NCBI GenBank assembly: GCA_043732705.1
Contig: JAYTHE010000026.1
Location: 12,136-76,135 of the forward strand
Source: Candidatus Omnitrophota bacterium
GTDB taxonomy: Bacteria; Omnitrophota; Omnitrophia; Omnitrophales; Aquincolibacteriaceae
Direction of reading: 5' to 3'
DNA: 64,000 nt
A program made the translations under genes and the position numbers. This document shows positions 57,538 through 64,000 of the stretch, piece after piece. The notes under the pieces were generated by a model. It was given only the letters and a program-made list of their open reading frames with translations. It was not told where the DNA came from and did no database searches. The number at the start of each line of letters is the position of its first letter. The first letter of the stretch is position 1.

Positions 57538-57848
57538 CTATTCCTTGTCTTCATAATCTTGTAATTTATTAATCCTATGTTAGTTTTTGATTAATAATGC
57601 TATTAAATGACTCATATTTTTTTGAATAATCTTTGAATATCCGCCGTCCAAGATGTGAACTTGAAATTATTCACTTAATGATAATGGAGGGGTAAACCGA
57701 AAGAATCCTGACGGTATTTTTATACTGTTATGAACGCTGTCAAAGGCGCTCAGGTAGCAGGGCAAAACCCTGACGGTGAATCAGCGTAAGAGTTTCTGGT
57801 GCGCGTTTTTGTTTAGTGTTACTTCAATTTAAACTCAAGGAGATATTT

Positions 57849-58175
57849 ATGAAAAAGTTTTTGACAGTCTTGGCTTTATTGGCGGTTGCGCTTAATTTCA
57901 GTTCAGTTCGTTTATGGGCTGAAGAAATCAAAGCAGACAGCACGGCGGTTGTTAGCACAGATGCAGTTAAAGGCGGCAGTGATGCTGAAATTGCTCTTGA
58001 AAACGCGGCTGTAGCGGATGATCAGAAAGCGAAGACTGAAGTAGTAGCGCCCGTAGTTGCTGTGCCCGCGGCGGATGCCGCAAAAGCAGTCGTTCCTGCG
58101 GTGACAGAAGAGAAGAAGGAAGCTATGGGCTCTGTTCTTCCTGTAACCACACAAGATCAGGCTAAGATTTCCTAA
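57849..58175 (+). CDS. Small secreted low-complexity (Ala/Val/acidic) protein
   Basis: AAGGAG RBS, signal peptide MKKFLTVLALLAVAL...LWA, own terminator downstream. Confidence 0.75.
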   Translation: MKKFLTVLALLAVALNFSSVRLWAEEIKADSTAVVSTDAVKGGSDAEIALENAAVADDQKAKTEVVAPVVAVPAADAAKAVVPAVTEEKKEAMGSVLPVTTQDQAKIS

Positions 58176-58196
58176 TCTTTTCCTGGCTGAGAGAAT

Positions 58197-58229
58197 AAAA
58201 AGCGGCTTGGGTTTCCCAAGCCGCTTTTT
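58197..58229 (+). terminator. Rho-independent terminator (possibly bidirectional)
   Basis: AAAAAGCGGCTTGG / CCAAGCCGCTTTTT. Confidence 0.85.
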
Positions 58230-58464
58230 CTATCTTCTGTTTTATATTGCGACCATCAACAAGCCTGCGGTCGTCTTTTGGCAATCCTCGATAAAAATCG
58301 AACCGGGCATGCTGCGCTTTGAACCTCAATTTTTGATAATGCTTGGATTGGTCTCTAGCGTATTTTTAGGGTATTTCTCGAGAGGATTTTCAGAAAGTTC
58401 TTTTCGGATTTAGGGCAAACAGGCTATATTGCTTCAACGTCAGACTAAACTGAGACAATAATAT

Positions 58465-59004
58465 ATGTTATGTTCCTGCGGTAAAAAAGAGGCGACAATT
58501 CATTTGACCGAAATTGTCAACGCTCAAGTCACGGAGCTTCACTTATGCGAAGCTTGCGCGAAAGATCAGGGAACTGACTTTAAGCAATTTCTTGCCCCTT
58601 TGCAGGGCGGTATGCCGGATTTGGCGGGTATGTTTTCAAAAGCCATGGGGTTGGCTCCCGGACAGGATATGAAGTGCCAGTCCTGCGGCATGACCATGGG
58701 TGATTTTGAAAAGGCGGGCCGTTTGGGATGTGCCGGTTGTTATAAGACCTTTGCGCCTTATTTACTACCGTTGATTAAACGGATTCACCGTCATGACCAG
58801 CATCACGGAAAAACGCCGGGAAATGTAAAACAGGTTGTTGCCGATAATAAAGCAGCCCCGCGGGGTAAATTGTCCGATTTGGCGATCCTGCGCAAAAAAC
58901 TCACCGAATGTGTGAAGACTGAAGATTATGAGGACGCGGCACGGCTGCGTGATGAAATTCAAAAATATGAAAAGTCCCATTCTAAAAAAAAGGTTAATTT
59001 GTGA
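58465..59004 (+). CDS. mcsA: McsA-like protein (Cys motifs plus UvrB/C motif)
   Basis: ATIHLT, LHLCEACA, CQSCG, GRLGCAGCY..F, IH....H.GK.P, EDYEDAARLRDEI. Confidence 0.9.
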   Translation: MLCSCGKKEATIHLTEIVNAQVTELHLCEACAKDQGTDFKQFLAPLQGGMPDLAGMFSKAMGLAPGQDMKCQSCGMTMGDFEKAGRLGCAGCYKTFAPYLLPLIKRIHRHDQHHGKTPGNVKQVVADNKAAPRGKLSDLAILRKKLTECVKTEDYEDAARLRDEIQKYEKSHSKKKVNL

Positions 59005-59117
59005 GCGGAAAATATAAAGTAAATGACGACATTTTTTTATGGAGCAGCGCGAACATAAATAATGATGGGTCGGAATTTATCCCAGAAAAATGCGCAGCAT
59101 TTCATCCGGGACCCAGG

Positions 59118-59144
59118 CTAGATTCCCGCCTGCGCGGGAATGAC
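59118..59144. repeat. Single ATTCCC-N8-GGGAAT repeat upstream of topA
   Basis: CTAGATTCCCGCCTGCGCGGGAATGAC. Confidence 0.9.
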
Positions 59145-59158
59145 AGGAAAGTTTAAAT

Positions 59159-61741
59159 ATGGCACATTATAAAGCTCTCGTGGTAGTTGAGTCTCCTACC
59201 AAAGTTAAAAAAATAAGTGCGTTTTTAGGAAAAGATTACAAAGTCATGGCCAGCGTCGGCCATGTACGCGATTTGCCTTCCAGCGCGTCCGAAATTCCGG
59301 CGGCCATGAAAAAAGAAAAATGGCGAACACTCGGTGTCAATGTAAACGATGATTTCAAACCGTATTATCTTGTCTCATCCGAAAAAAAGAAGATTGTCGC
59401 TGAAATTAAAAAGGCTGCGGATGAATCCGACGAACTCTTGATCGCGACCGACGAAGACCGCGAAGGCGAGAGCATTGGCTGGCATCTCATTGAAGTGCTT
59501 CAGCCTGAAGTTCCGGTACGGCGCATGGTTTTTTCTGAAATCACAAAAGAAGCTATTCAAACCGCATTAACACAAACCCGCAAGCTTGATTTGCATTTGG
59601 TGAATGCGCAGGAAACACGCCGTATTTTGGACCGCCTTTACGGGTACACATTAAGTCCTTTGCTTTGGAAGAAAATCGCGCGCGGCCTTTCCGCAGGACG
59701 TGTTCAGTCGGTTGCGGTGCGGCTTTTAGTTGAGCGCGAACTCGAGCGCCTCGCATTTCGCAGCGGAACTTATTGGGATTTGAAAGCTTCGCTTGCCAAG
59801 ACCACAGGCGATCGTTCTTTTGAAGCGCATCTTTTTAAAGTCGGAAGTAAGCGCGTTGCGGAAGGCCGTGACTTTGATGAATCCACCGGAAAACTGAAAG
59901 CGGACGTGGATGTTTTGCTTTTGGATGAAAAGGCCGCCGGAGTATTAAAAGAAAAAGTTCTGACAAGTCCTTGGAAAATTTCAAACATTGAAACCAAGGC
60001 GCAGATCCGCCGCCCTTATCCGCCGTTTACAACCAGCAGCCTTCAACAGGAGTCCAACCGCAAGCTTGGTTTTACCGCGCGGCGCACGATGCAGGTCGCA
60101 CAGGGACTTTATGAAAATGGACACATTACCTATATGCGTACCGACAGCGTTAATCTTTCCGGTGAAGCTATGAAAGCCGCGCGCGGTGCGGTGCTTGAAC
60201 GCTACGGTAAAGAATTTTTAAGTCCCGAGCCCAGACAGTTTCAAAATAAATCCAAGAACGCGCAGGAAGCCCACGAAGCGATTCGTCCCGCCGGAACGGA
60301 AATGAAAAAGGGCGAAGAACTTGGTTTAGCGGGTGAAGAATTGAAACTGTATGACATGATTTGGAAGCGCACCATGGCGACGCAGATGGCGGACGCGCGC
60401 GTTCAATTTGAAACGGTTTTTATCTCTGCCGCTGACGCGGAATTCCGCGCGACCGGCAAAAAGATTTTATTTCCCGGTTTCTTCAAAGCATATGTGGAAG
60501 ATGTGGATGATCCCGAAGCGAAGGGTGATGACCATGAAACCGAATTGCCCGAGTTGGCGGTAGATGAAAATTTGAATTGTAAAAATGTCGAAGCGATTTC
60601 GCATGAAACGAAACCGCCCGCGCGTTATACCGAAGCGTCGCTTGTAAAGGCGCTGGAAGAAAAAGGGATCGGCCGTCCGAGTACTTATGCTTCGATTATC
60701 GGAACGATTCAAGACCGCGGCTATGTGCGTAAAGCCGGCAATCAATTGATTCCTACCTTTGTAGCGATTGCCGTGACACAACTTTTGGAAAAAAACTTTC
60801 CCAAGCTTGTTGACTATAATTTTACGGCGAAGATGGAAGACTCGCTGGACGATATCGCGGCCGGCAAAGCGGAAGAGCTGCCTTATTTGCAGAATTTTTA
60901 TAACGGTGAAGAGGGTTTGGCTCAGCGCGTTAAAGTGGGCGAAGAAAAAATTGATGCGCGCGCGTCATGCACTTTGAGGTTTCCGGATTTGGATTATGAT
61001 ATTCGTGTCGGCCGCTATGGGCCTTATTTTGAAGTGATTACCGGTGAAACCAAAGTGACCGCCGGAATTCCTGAAACTTGCGCGCCCGGAGATTTGTCGA
61101 ATGCTGTAGCTAAGCAAATTATTGCGGACAAAGAAAAAGGCCCGCAAAGCATGGGAACGCATCCCGAAACAGGGCTACCGATTTTTCTGATGCGCGGTCC
61201 TTACGGTCCCTATATTCAGTTGGGCGAAGTTAAAGAAGGCGAAAAAAAGCCTAAGCGTGTTGGTATTCCTAAGACGATGGACGCCAATGCAGTTGATTTT
61301 GAAAAATCACTGGCACTTTTACAATTACCTCGTAATTTAGGCCCGCATCCGGCTGATGGTAAATCTGTTTTTGCAAATACGGGGCGCTTCGGTCCGTATG
61401 TCAGCCATGATGGAAAATTTAAGTCCATTCCTAAAGACCAGGACGTGCTGGCAATTGAATTACCTGCGGCCGTAGAATTGATTGCACAGGCCAAGGGCCG
61501 CGCGACAGCGAAACCCATCAAAGAATTAGGCAATCATCCTGATGGTGATGCGGTTGGAATTTATGAAGGTAAATACGGTCCTTATGTAAAACATAAGAAA
61601 ACCAATGCCACGATTCCAAAACAAACCGATCCGCAAAGTGTCACGCTTGAGCAGGCGCTTGAACTTTTGAAAGCGCGTGAAGCTAAAGGCAAGAAGAAAC
61701 CTGCGCGCGGCGGCAAACGTTCTAAAAAATCTGCTGAGTAA
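59159..61741 (+). CDS. topA: DNA topoisomerase I with C-terminal Topo_C repeats
   Basis: VVVESPTK, GHVRDL, ATDEDREGE, SAGRVQS, ITYMRTDS, AHEAIRP, GIGRPSTY; four G(R/P/K)(Y/F)GPY repeats and no zinc ribbons. Confidence 0.97.
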   Translation: MAHYKALVVVESPTKVKKISAFLGKDYKVMASVGHVRDLPSSASEIPAAMKKEKWRTLGVNVNDDFKPYYLVSSEKKKIVAEIKKAADESDELLIATDEDREGESIGWHLIEVLQPEVPVRRMVFSEITKEAIQTALTQTRKLDLHLVNAQETRRILDRLYGYTLSPLLWKKIARGLSAGRVQSVAVRLLVERELERLAFRSGTYWDLKASLAKTTGDRSFEAHLFKVGSKRVAEGRDFDESTGKLKADVDVLLLDEKAAGVLKEKVLTSPWKISNIETKAQIRRPYPPFTTSSLQQESNRKLGFTARRTMQVAQGLYENGHITYMRTDSVNLSGEAMKAARGAVLERYGKEFLSPEPRQFQNKSKNAQEAHEAIRPAGTEMKKGEELGLAGEELKLYDMIWKRTMATQMADARVQFETVFISAADAEFRATGKKILFPGFFKAYVEDVDDPEAKGDDHETELPELAVDENLNCKNVEAISHETKPPARYTEASLVKALEEKGIGRPSTYASIIGTIQDRGYVRKAGNQLIPTFVAIAVTQLLEKNFPKLVDYNFTAKMEDSLDDIAAGKAEELPYLQNFYNGEEGLAQRVKVGEEKIDARASCTLRFPDLDYDIRVGRYGPYFEVITGETKVTAGIPETCAPGDLSNAVAKQIIADKEKGPQSMGTHPETGLPIFLMRGPYGPYIQLGEVKEGEKKPKRVGIPKTMDANAVDFEKSLALLQLPRNLGPHPADGKSVFANTGRFGPYVSHDGKFKSIPKDQDVLAIELPAAVELIAQAKGRATAKPIKELGNHPDGDAVGIYEGKYGPYVKHKKTNATIPKQTDPQSVTLEQALELLKAREAKGKKKPARGGKRSKKSAE

Positions 61742-61776
61742 CCCGGTAATTTTAAGTTCTTAACGAAAGAAAACTC

Positions 61777-62589
61777 ATGAAACTTGATAATGCGCTTGTG
61801 GTGATTGATATTGAATCAACCGGAACTTGGGTTGAAAAAGACCGGATTATCGAAATTGCTTTGATTAAATATTTGCCCGACGGAAAAAAAGAAGTTTTTG
61901 AAAAAAGGATTAACCCGGGAATGCCGATTCCGCCTTTCGTCGTCCAGTTGACGGGGATATCGGATGCCGACGTAAAAGACGCGCCGGCTTTTAAATCAGT
62001 CGCGCAAAGCGCGATTGCTTTTATCGGTTCCGCGGATATGGGCGGCTTCAACATCGAACGTTTTGATTTGCCGCTTTTGGAGCGGGAATGCGCGGACGCG
62101 GGTTTCCGTTTTGAGTGGAAAAACAGGAAGATATATGACGCGCAAAAGGTTTTTCATTTGAACGAAAAACGCGATCTTTCGGCGGCATATCAGTTTTATT
62201 GCGGACAGGACTTGGTGGGGGCGCATTCTGCCAGAGCGGATAGTGAAGCGGTTTTTGCTATTTTGGAAAAACAAGTTCAAAAGTACGGCGCGGGTTCCGA
62301 CGCTCTTTCTATTTTGGATCAGTTTGAGTATACATCCAGCACCGAGTTTTATGACACGGAAAGAAAGTTTTGCTGGTGGGACGGGAAACTTTATTTGATG
62401 TTCGGAAAATACGCGCGCAAACTGCCGCTTGAAGAAATTGTGAAAGTGGATACGGGTTATTTAACTTGGATTTTAAAATCTGATTTTTCAGACGGTGTTA
62501 AAAATATTATTCGTGCCGCGATGAAAGGTGAAATTCCTTCGCGAAAATCAAATTCAAACCCAACTCCCGCTCAAACAACCGCGTCCTGA
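61777..62589 (+). CDS. DEDDh 3'-5' exonuclease (DNA polymerase III epsilon-like)
   Basis: IDIESTG, DRIIEIA, FNIERFD, AHSARADS; C-terminal FGKY...D.GY..W. Confidence 0.9.
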   Translation: MKLDNALVVIDIESTGTWVEKDRIIEIALIKYLPDGKKEVFEKRINPGMPIPPFVVQLTGISDADVKDAPAFKSVAQSAIAFIGSADMGGFNIERFDLPLLERECADAGFRFEWKNRKIYDAQKVFHLNEKRDLSAAYQFYCGQDLVGAHSARADSEAVFAILEKQVQKYGAGSDALSILDQFEYTSSTEFYDTERKFCWWDGKLYLMFGKYARKLPLEEIVKVDTGYLTWILKSDFSDGVKNIIRAAMKGEIPSRKSNSNPTPAQTTAS

Positions 62590-62632
62590 CGGCGCGGAAC
62601 TCGCGGTTTTTGAGTTTGAATTTGATTTTCGC
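62541..62632. repeat. Long inverted repeat overlapping the 3' end of the exonuclease gene
   Basis: GCGAAAATCAAATTCAAAC / GTTTGAATTTGATTTTCGC (19 bp perfect) plus an inner CTCAAA..AACCGCG / CGCGGTTTTTGAG stem. Confidence 0.75.
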
Positions 62633-62732
62633 TCAGCTGGGCCATAATAAAGAACTGCGTCTGTTTTAAATTTGCGCTCCTGAATGTCGCGCCTGGGTTG
62701 TTTAATTGAAAAGTAAAAATTGAGAGGAAATT

Positions 62733-63200
62733 ATGTCGAAGCGTGTACTTTCATTTCATTATATTCTTACCAATAAAAAAGGCGAAACGATTGATTCGTC
62801 TCGCGGCGCCGAAGTTTTTCCGGTGTTGGAAGGTGCCCAGCAAATTATTCCCGGCCTTGAAGCCGAACTTTTTCAAATGAAAGCCGGTGATAAAAAGAAA
62901 ATCCATGTGACGGCGGACAAAGCCTATGGCCTCGTGCGCGAGGATTTACGCGTTAAAGTGAGCCGCGGACAGCTTCCGGACGGCGAAATCAAAGTCGGCG
63001 TTCAATTTAGTGCGGGCGAAGGGCATGGCCCCGTTTTTACCGTGATCAAGATCGAAGAAGACGGCGTACACTTGGATGGCAATCATCCTTTAGCCGGCGA
63101 AGATTTAACTTTTGACGTAGAAGTGACGGATGTGCGCGATGCGACGGCGGAAGAGGAGCAGCATGGACATGCTCATGGGCCACATGGTCACCACCACTAA
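62733..63200 (+). CDS. slyD: FKBP-type peptidyl-prolyl isomerase with His-rich tail
   Basis: IIPGLE, AYG, DGNHPLAGEDLTFDVEV..VRDAT.EE..HGHAHGPHGHHH. Confidence 0.95.
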   Translation: MSKRVLSFHYILTNKKGETIDSSRGAEVFPVLEGAQQIIPGLEAELFQMKAGDKKKIHVTADKAYGLVREDLRVKVSRGQLPDGEIKVGVQFSAGEGHGPVFTVIKIEEDGVHLDGNHPLAGEDLTFDVEVTDVRDATAEEEQHGHAHGPHGHHH

Positions 63201-63322
63201 AATTTATTGAAAAAGGTCATCTGCTGCGTCATTCACGTCGTTTCCTTGTGCGGCGTATTACCGCATACGCCTCCGCGGGCACTAGTGAATTCCTTGCATC
63301 TGAACCTTTTTGAATAAATTTT
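63199..63322. repeat. MITE/REP-like structured element
   Basis: Terminal IR AAAATTTATT.AAAAAGGT / ACCTTTTT.AATAAATTTT with an internal GGCGTA/TACGCC stem. Confidence 0.7.
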
Positions 63323-63325
63323 TCT

Positions 63326-64000
63326 ATGAAAAAGCTAACATCAAAATTTTTTGAGAATGTGAAATCAAAGCGAAACGGCCGATATGCGAATATCGGCCGT
63401 TTACGTTTGTATTACGAAATTCACGGAAGGGGCGAGCCGCTTTTTTGGCTGCATGGCGGGCTTTCCTGCATTGACGGCCTGCGCTTTCAAATCCCTTATT
63501 TTGCTGGAAGCAAATATCATAATCGTAGTGAGCATTTCAAAGTGATTCTTCCTGAAAGGCCGGGGCATGGGCATACAGCCGATATTGCGGGCGCTTATTC
63601 TTACGAGCAAATGGCCGTTCAGACTTTTGAGTTAATGAAGAAATTAAAAATTAAAAAGGCGAACTTTGCCGGATACAGTGACGGCGCGAATTTGCTTCTA
63701 TGGTTAGCTGCGAAATATCCCACATGCGTTAAAAAAATAGTTTTAGTCGGCGGGAATTTTCATCATCGCGGATGTGAGTCTGAGTTTCAGAAGCATTTGC
63801 GCAAACAAAATGCGGGAATGGATCCGCGCTATGCGGCCTATTCTCCGGACGGCGCCGGGCATTACGTGGAAGTGTTTGAAAAGTGCCGTAAATTGTGGCT
63901 GACCGAGCCTCGGTGGAAAACCAGCCTCCTGAAAAAAATTCGCTGCCCCGTTCTGGTGATGGCGGGTGACCGCGATATGATTAAGCCCGAGCATACGCTT
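63326..64000 (+). CDS. Alpha/beta-fold hydrolase (3' truncated by the window edge; absent from the ORF track)
   Basis: Manual translation: LYYEIHGRGEPLFWLHGG, PERPGHGHT, nucleophile elbow GYSDG, PVLVMAGDRD. Confidence 0.9.
   Translation, partial: MKKLTSKFFENVKSKRNGRYANIGRLRLYYEIHGRGEPLFWLHGGLSCIDGLRFQIPYFAGSKYHNRSEHFKVILPERPGHGHTADIAGAYSYEQMAVQTFELMKKLKIKKANFAGYSDGANLLLWLAAKYPTCVKKIVLVGGNFHHRGCESEFQKHLRKQNAGMDPRYAAYSPDGAGHYVEVFEKCRKLWLTEPRWKTSLLKKIRCPVLVMAGDRDMIKPEHTL

Noticed and set aside
57686-57815. Cyclic-di-GMP-I or other known riboswitch
   Set aside because: It has GGCAAA/GAAAG-like words, but I could not find the full P1/P2 consensus; kept only as a low-interest finding.
58207-58413. 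68-aa ORF before mcsA
   Set aside because: It starts inside a terminator hairpin and has no RBS or recognisable motif.
63373-63402. Perfect 12-bp hairpin AAACGGCCGATA/TATCGGCCGTTT inside the hydrolase gene
   Set aside because: Single occurrence within normal coding sequence, with no further support for function.

Overview
Bacterial chromosomal window. Gene content (a giant secreted protein, several minor-pilin sets, a GH144-like glucanase, mcsA, many 7TM kinases) suggests a PVC-superphylum organism such as Ca. Omnitrophota; this is inference, not a marker-gene call. Layout from left to right: (1) 1-19.1 kb, a co-oriented block of pilin-like genes, a glucanase-CBM9 fusion, an XRE regulator, TolC/MFP/two RND permeases and a PilV/W/X set. 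(2) 19.4-28.8 kb, a signalling cluster with a START-domain/acyl-ACP-reductase fusion, a PhcB-like methyltransferase, three 7TM histidine kinases and two stand-alone receivers; this is a candidate fatty-acid-derived signalling system. (3) A GIY-YIG (Ssn-like) nuclease flanked by ATTCCC-N8-GGGAAT repeats; about 10 such repeat loci are scattered through the window, two of them in-frame inside rlmD. (4) rfbC, rlmD and a FadL porin. (5) A 4150-aa polymorphic-toxin-like protein with an internal C39-like domain followed by a double-glycine-type motif, then an immunity-like gene, an inverted-repeat-flanked Y1 transposase and an orphan toxin-tip/immunity pair. (6) Lipoproteins and housekeeping genes (RsmB/F methyltransferase, glgB/X/P, mcsA, topA, DEDDh exonuclease, slyD, partial hydrolase). 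I saw no rRNA, tRNA or CRISPR array. All family calls come from motifs recognised by eye; no database search was run.
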